64,000 bases of DNA. It comes from an uncultured Bacteroidaceae bacterium (GTDB taxonomy: Bacteria > Bacteroidota > Bacteroidia > Bacteroidales > SM23-62). The notes below the pieces were generated by a model. That model saw only the letters and a list, made by a program, of their open reading frames with translations, made no database searches and was not told the origin of the DNA. The position numbers were made by a program, and so were the translations under genes. Shown here one piece after another: positions 26,472-34,887 of the stretch (positions within the stretch are counted from its first letter, which is position 1; every line of letters starts with the position of its first letter). Where the stretch lies: contig CAVZPP010000002.1 in assembly GCA_963777115.1 (NCBI GenBank), positions 456,349 through 520,348 of the forward strand. The letters are read 5' to 3'.

Positions 26472-26604
26472 AGTGATTGGATTTTAATTTTTATGAACAT
26501 ACCATTTGACTTTGAGATCCATAAATGGTTTAACAAGATCCTCATTTTAATTGGTATATCATTCATTTTTATCCCAACTTTATACTTCGGATTTCTGATA
26601 TAAA

Positions 26605-28906
26605 ATGGAGAAGCAAAAAACTTATCTGACCACGATTGAGGGACTCGTACAGGGAGTCGGATTCAGGCCTTTCGTTTACAGGCTGGCCCATAATTTTGGT
26701 TTGAAAGGATGGGTGAATAATACGAATGAGAATGTTCAGGTATGTGTGAATACTGATTCTCATAAATTGGAAGCATTTGTAGGTGAAGTCCAACGACAGG
26801 CTCCCAAGGCTAGCCAGATTGAATCCATTGAATACAGGGAGGTGGAATGGGAGGAATTTGAAGATTTCAGAATCCTGGGAAGCGAGAGCCTCTCAGATCA
26901 GGTTACCGATGTAAGTCCGGATATTGCAGCTTGCGAAGAATGCCTGGCAGACATGAATCTACAATCCAATCGAATTAATTATCCCTTTTTAAACTGCACA
27001 AATTGTGGTCCCAGGTTCACAATTGTCCAGGACCTTCCGTATGACCGGGCAAATACAACAATGCAGATATTTGAGATGTGCTCCTCCTGCCGGGAGGAAT
27101 ACGGAAATGTAATTGATAGGAGATTCCATGCCCAGCCGACGGCTTGTAAGGACTGCGGACCGGAATACAGCCTGGTTGAGTTCAGTGATCCAACCGGCAG
27201 CACAAACCAGGATGATATTATCGAACGGACTGCCGGATTGATCGATGAGGGTAAGATTGTTGTTGTAAAGGGACTGGGAGGGTTTTTTATGGCCTGCGAT
27301 GCTCTGAATGAGAAGGCCGTCCTCCGCCTCAGGAAATCAAAACACCGGGAGGGGAAACCATTTGCCGTTATGTTTAAGAACCTGGAAAAGGTCACTGATT
27401 TTTGTATTATTTCTGAAACAGAAGGTGAATTTCTTAATTCATGGAGGAGACCCATAGTGATTACACAGAACCGACACGGTTCAGTGTGCCAACTCGCCCC
27501 ATCGGTATCAAACGGATTTCCTACCACCGGGATTATAATGCCCTATATGCCGCTTCATTACCTTTTATTCGAAAGACTGAAAACATCGGCTATTGTGATG
27601 ACATCGGGTAATCTGTCAGAAGAGCCTATCCTGATAGATAATGAAACAGCCGTGTCGGTATTGGGACCTGTAACGGATGCCGTCCTTCATTATAACCGTG
27701 ATATCCAAAATCGTTGCGATGATTCGGTAGGGATAGTTATGAATGAGCAGCCCAGGCTCCTGAGGCGATCCAGGGGCTTTGTGCCAAATCCCATCCTACT
27801 GAATCTGGACACAGAGGGAATTTTCGCTGCCGGGGCAGAACTGGTGAATTGTTTCGCGATGGGGAAGGGGAGGAAGGCGGTATTAAGCCAGCATATAGGG
27901 GACCTGAAAAATTTCGAAACCTATGCGTTTTACAAGGAAACCTATGAACGATTCAAAAGGCTTTTTCGCATGAAAACTGACCTGGTTGCACATGACCTTC
28001 ATCCGGATTATCTTTCCTCCCGATTCGCTGAGGAGCTTAATCTGACAGCTATACCTGTCCAGCACCACCATGCCCATATCGCATCAGTCCTGGCAGAGCA
28101 TAAACTGGACGAGAAGGTCATTGGGATCAGCTTTGACGGTACCGGACTGGGAGATGACGGAAATATCTGGGGATCTGAATTCCTCATCTGTGACCTGGAA
28201 TCGTATGAGCGGATAAGCCACCTGGAATATATTCCAATGCCCGGGGGGGACAGGGCAGCTCATGAGCCCTGGCGGATGGCTGTTTCCTATTTATATTCTG
28301 TGTACGGGATGGAATTGATGAATATGAACCTCCCATTTCTCAAAAGAATTAAAGAGGGTAATCTCAAGCTGGTACTTCAATCCATCGAAAAGAATATTAA
28401 TTGTCCACTATCTTCCGGAGCAGGCAGACTGTTTGATGCCATTGCAGCAATTTTGGATCTCTGCTCAGTTTCCCAATTTCATGCCGAGGCACCAATGAGG
28501 CTGGAATCAGTCATTCACCCTGGTGAGAAAGGATCTTATTTTTCAGTGTTAGGGGGTAAAAGAGGAATCCAGGATTGTATTGACATTCGGTACGGTTATT
28601 AAGAGCATTGTAGGCGATATTACTATGGGACATGATCCAGGCCTGATCTCTGCCCGTTTTCACAATACCATTTCCGACCTGATCCTGGATACGGTAATTA
28701 AGATTAGCAGTGATTCCGGGATAGGGAAGGTTGCCCTCTCCGGGGGAACTTTTCAAAACAGGTACCTCTCAGAAAGGACTGAAATCTTGTTAAAGGAAAA
28801 TGGATTTGAAGTATTCCTGCCCCTCCAATTACCGGCCAATGACGGGGGAATAGCACTTGGTCAGCTTGCCATAGCCGCTAAACATCGTTCATTGGGTTTA
28901 GTGTAA
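26605..28906 (+). pseudogene. hypF: [NiFe] hydrogenase maturation carbamoyltransferase HypF, split by one frameshift
   Basis: Acylphosphatase-like N-terminus (GLVQGVGFRPF), two zinc-finger pairs (CEEC...CTNCGPRF; CSSC...CKDCGPEY), and YrdC-like and Kae1-like domains. ORF 28580-28906 supplies the conserved C-terminus (ARFHN...SGGTFQN...ANDGGIALGQ). The second frame opens at 28553, next to a G5 run at 28552-28556. Confidence 0.9.
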
Positions 28907-28910
28907 TCTG

Positions 28911-28929
28911 TGTGCGGGTCTTACCCACA
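28911..28929. terminator. possible bidirectional hairpin between convergent hypF and the CBS gene
   Basis: TGTG(C)GGG-TCTTA-CCCACA. Imperfect 6-7 bp stem with no clear U-tract. Confidence 0.25.
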
Positions 28930-28946
28930 TTCAAACCCATGTCTTC

Positions 28947-29396
28947 CTATTGATGCCCGTATCCGCTGGCTGTAATGTATTTTTCCAGGTCCTGTATGGT
29001 AGCTTTCTGGTCTTCGATGATGGTGTTCACAACATCACCAATCGAAATTATACCTATTATCTTGTTGTGGTCAAGAACGGGAACATGACGTACTTTATGT
29101 TCACTCATTATAGCCATGCATCCCAGCACACTGGTATCAGGCTTGATTGTGTGTAGGTCAGTAGACATATAGTCTTCCAGTTTTGATTCCTTTGATGAAT
29201 GGCCATGAAGGATGATCTTGCGGGCATAATCCCTTTCTGAAAACATACCAATCAGTTTGCCATCTGCATCCAGAATCATTAAAGCACCAATATTTTTTTC
29301 CGCCATTATCTTTAATGCCTCGAAAACTGTTGCTTCAGGATTGACATTGAAATAATCATAACCCTTGTTGTCCAATATCTGTTTTACAGTAGTCAT
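28947..29396 (-). CDS. CBS-domain pair protein
   Basis: 149 aa with two CBS motifs (ALMILDADGKLIGMFSERD; HVPVLDHNKIIGIISIGD). Confidence 0.8.
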   Translation of the reverse strand: MTTVKQILDNKGYDYFNVNPEATVFEALKIMAEKNIGALMILDADGKLIGMFSERDYARKIILHGHSSKESKLEDYMSTDLHTIKPDTSVLGCMAIMSEHKVRHVPVLDHNKIIGIISIGDVVNTIIEDQKATIQDLEKYITASGYGHQ

Positions 29397-29517
29397 AGTT
29401 GTAAGGTTTTATTCTGATGTTAAAGGTAAATAATTATAATGTAAAGTTTAAGCGGGTCCGGGCAAAAAAAACATGCTGTATAAGCAATATTCAGACAGGA
29501 ATTATTGTGCATTGTAT

Positions 29518-29525
29518 TACTTTTG
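29518..29525 (+). promoter_or_regulatory. Bacteroidota-type -7 promoter box upstream of hypA
   Basis: TACTTTTG matches TAnnTTTG, 19 nt before the hypA ATG. No clear -33 element. Confidence 0.3.
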
Positions 29526-29543
29526 CGTATCAGAGTTTAAAAC

Positions 29544-29885
29544 ATGCATGAATTTTCAATAGCCGTTAGTATTGTCGAAATAGCCACTGATAATGCTAAA
29601 AGCGAAAAGGCAAAGTTGGTTAAGGAGATCGAGATCGAGGTAGGCGAGTTATCAGGTGTTGTGATTGATTCTCTCGATTTCTGCATGGAGGCAGCTGTTA
29701 AGGATACCCCTATAGATGGAGCCAAATGGAATATCCATAGCATTCCCGGCCGGGGAAGATGCCGTCAATGCTCTCATGAATTTGGGATATCTGATCTTTA
29801 TACGATTTGTCCAAAGTGCAACAGTCCGGCTCCTGAAGTAATCCAGGGGAGGGAACTCAGGGTTAAATCCATCCTGGTTGAATAA
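29544..29885 (+). CDS. hypA: hydrogenase nickel insertion protein HypA
   Basis: 113 aa. MHEFSIA N-terminal Ni site and the CRQC...CPKC zinc site. Confidence 0.9.
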   Translation: MHEFSIAVSIVEIATDNAKSEKAKLVKEIEIEVGELSGVVIDSLDFCMEAAVKDTPIDGAKWNIHSIPGRGRCRQCSHEFGISDLYTICPKCNSPAPEVIQGRELRVKSILVE

Positions 29886-29939
29886 TGGATTTACTACGAA
29901 TTCATATCTTTGTAAAGACTAACTCTTAACAGGACAATT

Positions 29940-30813
29940 ATGTGCGATACATGCGGATGCGGACAGGGAGAACCATCAATTCTTAAACCGGGAGAAGAGA
30001 AGACCTATACCCATACTCATGATGGTGAAACACATAGCCACACACACGGGGAGCATCACGATCACAGTCATGGCCATAACCATTCTCATGAACATCCTCA
30101 TGAACATCCCCACAATCATGATCATAGCCAAGATCATGGCCATTCTCATGATCACAGCCACAGTCATGACCGTAAAGTGGAAATCGAACAGGATATACTT
30201 GGGAAGAATAATCTCCTGGCGGAGAGAAACCGTGGATTTTTCGAGGCAAAGAGTATCCTTGCCCTGAACCTGGTAAGCTCACCTGGTTCCGGGAAGACCA
30301 GCCTGCTTGAACGAACTATTAAGGACCTGGGAAAGGAATTGCCTTTCTTCATCATTGAAGGGGACCAGCAAACCATGAACGATGCCAACCGGATCGCCGA
30401 GGCAGGTGCACCTGTGGTTCAGATAAATACAGGAGAAGGCTGCCACCTGGATGCGGATATGGTAAATAAAGCAGTTAAAAAACTAGAGGTTGAGGATAAG
30501 GCAATATTGATGATTGAGAATGTTGGCAACCTGGTTTGTCCCGCGATGTTCGACCTGGGAGAATCATCGAGGGTTGTCATTATCAGCACAACAGAAGGAG
30601 AAGATAAGCCCTTGAAGTATCCCTATATGTTCAGAAGTTCAAATCTCTGCATTATCAATAAAACAGACCTGCTTCCCTACCTTGATTTTGATGTCGAGAA
30701 AGCAAAGGAATATGCCCTTCAGGTTAATCCCGATCTTGAGTTTTATCGAGTTATCTGTAAAAACCGGGGAAGGAATGGATCAATGGTACAGCTGGCTTAA
30801 GGAACAAGTTTAA
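29940..30813 (+). pseudogene. hypB: hydrogenase nickel-incorporation GTPase HypB, with the 3' end out of frame
   Basis: CxxCGC N-terminus, long His-rich tract, P-loop SSPGSGKTS, ENVGNLVCP, NKTDL. The annotated tail (...FYRVICKNRGRNGSMVQLA*) is non-homologous. Removing one T from the T4 run at 30741-30744 gives the canonical ...LEFIELSVKTGEGMDQWYSWLKEQV*, ending at 30813. Confidence 0.9.
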
Positions 30814-31112
30814 ATATTTAGTCTAATCTCCAGTTTCCCCCCCAATCCAAGTTCAACTATTCTCATCAATGTGGATAATCGGATGTCACTGGCATCGTTT
30901 TCTATCCGGCTGATATATGATCTCTTTGTTCCGGTTTTATCGGCCAGATCTTTTTGAGTCATTTTTGCATCCTTACGCGCCTGTTTAATCATTACTCCCA
31001 GTTTAAAAGCTTCATAATTTCTTTCATATTCTTTTCTCTCGGGTGAACCTTTTGGTCCAAATTCCCTTTCGATGAGATCTTCAAGACTTTGAATGTTTTG
31101 ATTTTGCTTCAT
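30810..31112 (-). CDS. higA: XRE-family HTH antitoxin (HigA-like)
   Basis: 100 aa. HTH_XRE core (MTQKDLADKTGTKRSYISRIENDASDIRLSTLMRI). Downstream of, and overlapping, the toxin gene. Confidence 0.7.
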   Translation of the reverse strand: MKQNQNIQSLEDLIEREFGPKGSPERKEYERNYEAFKLGVMIKQARKDAKMTQKDLADKTGTKRSYISRIENDASDIRLSTLMRIVELGLGGKLEIRLNI

Positions 31113-31428
31113 AGTATTCTGCTGATAGTCTTTGCGCTAGCCTGAGTTCTCTCAGAGGTGTCCGGCGACTCTTTTTTCTGAATGCATTTAACAGGACCAA
31201 TGTGTTCCCATCGAAAATGCAAAAAACCCGAATAGCATTATTTTGATAATGGATACGTATCTCGTATATGTCTTTTGTGCCTCTTAGTTTTTTTAAATAT
31301 TCCCCAGGAACCCTGTCAAATTCAATTATCAGGTTAATTATTGAAATGATTTTTATCTTAGTTCTCTTTTCCTGGATTTGTAAGAAATCATCGAAATAAT
31401 TTTTAAATGTATTAAGAAGATATGCCAC
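31081..31428 (-). CDS. higB: RelE/ParE-superfamily toxin (HigB/phage Gp49-like)
   Basis: 115 aa. ...LRGTKDIYEIRIHYQNNAIRVFCIFDGNTLVLLNAFRKKSRRTP pattern of Gp49/HigB toxins. The toxin-first gene order is typical of higBA. Confidence 0.65.
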   Translation of the reverse strand: MAYLLNTFKNYFDDFLQIQEKRTKIKIISIINLIIEFDRVPGEYLKKLRGTKDIYEIRIHYQNNAIRVFCIFDGNTLVLLNAFRKKSRRTPLRELRLAQRLSAEYYEAKSKHSKS

Positions 31429-31571
31429 AAAATATTGCTTAAAGGTAACTAATTAGATACGTTTGGGCAAATGTAATTACAGGTTTGCTGTTGATCTTAA
31501 TAACAGAAAACTGAAAATATCATGTAGCAAATGGGATTTATGCAAATAATGAGAAGTTATGAAGGATTCAA

Positions 31572-32495
31572 CTATCCTTTAGAACCCCCATTCAGATCGA
31601 AAGGAGTCACCTGGTAAACATAGTAGTTCAGCCAGTTGGTGTAGAGTAGGTTGGCATGGCTTCTCCACTGGACCAGCGGTGGTTTTGTGGGATCGTCATC
31701 GGGGAAATAGTTAACCGGAACCTGGATGTCAAGACCTTTTTCAAGGTCCCTTTCAAATTCCTCCTTAAGTGTGTTGGGATCATATTCAGAGTGACCGGTA
31801 ACGAATACTTTTTTGCCGTCACGGGTGGCGAAGATATATATTCCAGCTTCATCTGATTCGGCAATCACCTGAAGCTCTTTTACCTTGAGCAGGTCCTGCT
31901 TTTCAATGTGCATATAACGGGAATGAGGTGCAGGAAAAAGATCATCAAAGCCACGGACCAAAGGTAATTTCCGGTCCAGTACCCTGTGTTTGAAAATGCC
32001 AAACAGCTTCTCTTCAAGTAGTCTTTTCTTTATTCCATAGAAATGGTAAAGAGCTGCCTGTGCCCCCCAGCAAAGGTATAGGGTGGAGGTAACATGGTTT
32101 TCTGACCAGTCCATTATTTCCTGGAGTTCCTCCCAGTAGCTGACATCCTCAAAGTTTACAAACCCCAGGGGTGCACCGGTAATGATTAATCCATCATAGC
32201 GCCTGTGTTTTACCTGGTCAAAAGTTTTATAGAAAGTCTCCAGGTGTTCAATGGGTGTATTTTTGGAAGTATGGTTTTTAGGGTGAATCAGGTCGATCTC
32301 AATCTGCAGGGGGGTGTTGGATAAAAGCCTCAGCAGGTGAGTTTCCGTGGTATGCTTGACAGGCATGATATTAAGTATCACTATCCGCTGGGGACGGATA
32401 TCCTGGTGAATGGCACGGGTTTCGTCCATTACAAATATCTTCTCATCTCTGAGAACTTTGGCAGCAGGTAGGTTATCCGGTATGTTTATTGGCAC
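31572..32495 (-). CDS. metA: homoserine O-acyltransferase MetA
   Basis: 307 aa. [11 protein letters not shown]...ILNIMP...ITGAP...[11 protein letters not shown], the full-length MetA/HTS signature including the catalytic Cys. Confidence 0.9.
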   Translation of the reverse strand: MPINIPDNLPAAKVLRDEKIFVMDETRAIHQDIRPQRIVILNIMPVKHTTETHLLRLLSNTPLQIEIDLIHPKNHTSKNTPIEHLETFYKTFDQVKHRRYDGLIITGAPLGFVNFEDVSYWEELQEIMDWSENHVTSTLYLCWGAQAALYHFYGIKKRLLEEKLFGIFKHRVLDRKLPLVRGFDDLFPAPHSRYMHIEKQDLLKVKELQVIAESDEAGIYIFATRDGKKVFVTGHSEYDPNTLKEEFERDLEKGLDIQVPVNYFPDDDPTKPPLVQWRSHANLLYTNWLNYYVYQVTPFDLNGGSKG

Positions 32496-32578
32496 AACAC
32501 TATAATTTAGAACGGGACAAAAATACCCTTAGATTTTAATAAAAGAAAATTTCTTTACATGAATCCTTAGTCAAAACC

Positions 32579-34720
32579 CTATAAGCGGATTTTGATACCG
32601 GGACCGATAAGCAGGAACCACTTCTGGCTTTTCAGCTGGTATCCACCTCCAAAATAAAGGGGGAAAGTCAATTTAACATCTTTGGTTGTGGGGTAGAGGC
32701 TGCCCAGGATTACGAGTCCGAGGTCACGGTTATCAATATCACTGCTGAAATTGAATGTATTCAGGGCAAGAAAACCGGCACCGACTTTATAGGGTCGCTG
32801 GACATTGATTTTTTCGGGATGATAGAAGGTGAATTGCCCTATCATGGCAATGCTGATCCCGGTCAGCTGTCCAAGTCTTTCATCGCTTGAGGCCGGATCA
32901 GGCTTGGATACGGTTATGAGTCCGGCAGGAAAGGAAACTTCAATATCAAATGAAGAAGGCTTTCTCAGGATCATGTCGAATTCCTTGGTCATTGTACCTC
33001 CGCTGTATTTATTATCCTGGTGGGATATGCGCATTTTTATCGTTGACCATATTTCCAGGTTGGAGGTTTTCTCCCGGAAATACTTATTCAGATCAAACCG
33101 GTTTAGTGCACAATCACTCAGGTTATAAAATTCAGTTCTGGGAGACTTAATACCCGGACAAATAACAATATTATCAATGGATTTTACTTCGATCAGTTCG
33201 TTTCTTCTGCCGGTAATTGTAATATCCATCTTCAGATATTGTTTCCCGTATAATTTCTCCTGGGAGTCTATCATATTCGGATCTCCACCGAACACCAGGT
33301 TCTGAATGGTTCCGTCAACCATTACGGTAGAGGGAAGATCTCCAATGCTATGCCTGATACCCTGGTAATTGATCCACAGGTAATCAAACTGCCTGGGTTC
33401 CTGGTACTCTTTTACAGTCAGGAATTTATTCATAGGCTCTGCCCGGCTAAAGAGTTCAAGCCTGCGTACAGAAATATCCATGGGAACCTTAAATTTGTAA
33501 AGAGCCAGGTGTTCACCTCGAATAATAGAGTCATAAGCGGTTATATCCTCCATCTGCTCGAAGGTAAAATCTGCTTTGTGCAGGCCTACCCCTTCAATTT
33601 TTACATTGATTATCTCTCCCGGATAGACCGTCGTATTCGTGGACCAAAGACCGTTTCTCAGAATGGAGACTCGCTCGACTGTGGTCTTCGGAGTAATCTC
33701 AAAATTTGTTATGAATTTGGCTGCGTCACCATCCTTGATATACAAGTAACCATCTGATTTCCGGTGGTAATTATATACCCGAAGAATGCACATTATCCGG
33801 TTATTGGTCAGGGAGGATTTGGTGAAAAGTTCAGCCACAAGGCTACCCCCTGGTTCTTCCTGGCTTTCCAGCCGGTAAGTTTTCTGCATCTGAAGCAGAC
33901 GGCTGTTATCCATTTGTATTTCAGTGCCTTCCGATCGTGTGGAGTCATCAAGGGTCACTTCATTCTGGTAAACATTAAGGAATTGGAGACGGCTCTGACG
34001 TACAAAGAAAGTCTGTTCGATTGCCGGCAGGTCAAAGATCACATTCTTATTGCTACCGAGTACAGGCTTCTTAACTCTGACCGGAATCGACACCGTTTGC
34101 CTGCCCAGGGTCTTAGGCACTACGTGGAGCCGGATCTGGTTAAATGTTTTGCTGATCCTGTAATTTGCATTGTCTTCAGCAATCCAATCATTTTCAAATT
34201 GGATGTTCTCAATATTATTGGATAGCAGTTCAAATACTTTTTCTTCACCAATGTATAATTCATCATCAGGAGGGTAGAGCTTAAGGTATGTATCTGTATA
34301 AGGAAGGAGGTTTAATTCAAGAAGTCCCGAATCCCCCCTCATTCTGTCGACATGAATAAAGCTGAATTTCAGGTAATTGGAGTTGATCAGGTCATTAAAG
34401 CGGACCTTGAACCTAACAGTTTCTGAATCAATCTCCAACAGGGAGTCCAGGATGATATAGTCCCCTGATGGTAATAACTTCAGTTCATCCAATGACTGTC
34501 CATTTGCTGCCTTGATGAAAATCTCGCAAACCGGCTCGGGATTGCTGAAACGGAAGCCAAGATGGGACTTCCCCTGGAATAAAATCAGGTCTTTCTCAAG
34601 TGAAAATTCATTGGTGTCGATCCTCAGAACTACATCCCTGACAATGCTGTAAAATTCCTGGGATTTCGCAGGTATAACCAGGGTGAGGATAAGCAATAAA
34701 AATAGATATCGAGGCTTCAC
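32579..34720 (-). CDS. large secreted protein of unknown function, possibly with a C-terminal beta-barrel anchor
   Basis: 713 aa. Signal peptide (LFLLLILTLVIPAKSQ). Beta-rich composition. The last roughly 110 aa show an alternating hydrophobic pattern. No family recognised. Confidence 0.45.
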   Translation of the reverse strand: MKPRYLFLLLILTLVIPAKSQEFYSIVRDVVLRIDTNEFSLEKDLILFQGKSHLGFRFSNPEPVCEIFIKAANGQSLDELKLLPSGDYIILDSLLEIDSETVRFKVRFNDLINSNYLKFSFIHVDRMRGDSGLLELNLLPYTDTYLKLYPPDDELYIGEEKVFELLSNNIENIQFENDWIAEDNANYRISKTFNQIRLHVVPKTLGRQTVSIPVRVKKPVLGSNKNVIFDLPAIEQTFFVRQSRLQFLNVYQNEVTLDDSTRSEGTEIQMDNSRLLQMQKTYRLESQEEPGGSLVAELFTKSSLTNNRIMCILRVYNYHRKSDGYLYIKDGDAAKFITNFEITPKTTVERVSILRNGLWSTNTTVYPGEIINVKIEGVGLHKADFTFEQMEDITAYDSIIRGEHLALYKFKVPMDISVRRLELFSRAEPMNKFLTVKEYQEPRQFDYLWINYQGIRHSIGDLPSTVMVDGTIQNLVFGGDPNMIDSQEKLYGKQYLKMDITITGRRNELIEVKSIDNIVICPGIKSPRTEFYNLSDCALNRFDLNKYFREKTSNLEIWSTIKMRISHQDNKYSGGTMTKEFDMILRKPSSFDIEVSFPAGLITVSKPDPASSDERLGQLTGISIAMIGQFTFYHPEKINVQRPYKVGAGFLALNTFNFSSDIDNRDLGLVILGSLYPTTKDVKLTFPLYFGGGYQLKSQKWFLLIGPGIKIRL

Positions 34721-34856
34721 AGATAGATATTATAAGTTTTGAAAGTATAAAAATAATCCTTGAAAATGGAATTTCACTGCCTGTATGCAAAAACTTATAC
34801 ACCCGATCTGTTCTTTAACATTGATATTTATCAGGGCTGTTACCACCTCATTTTTA

Positions 34857-34864
34857 TAAATTTG
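34857..34864 (+). promoter_or_regulatory. Bacteroidota-type -7 promoter box upstream of the acyl-CoA synthetase operon
   Basis: TAAATTTG matches TAnnTTTG, 24 nt before the ATG at 34888. Confidence 0.3.
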
Positions 34865-34887
34865 TTCGAAATAAAATTAAGAAAGAC

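Noticed and set aside
26979-27527. 182-aa minus-strand ORF inside hypF
   Set aside because: It is antisense to the HypF zinc-finger and YrdC region, so it is a shadow ORF.
29976-30282. Several ORFs on both strands (63-99 aa) rich in M/H/V/D over the hypB 5' region, and a similar one at 916-1155 over the transporter loop
   Set aside because: They are artefacts of the CAT/GAT-rich His-tract coding repeats, which stay open in several frames.
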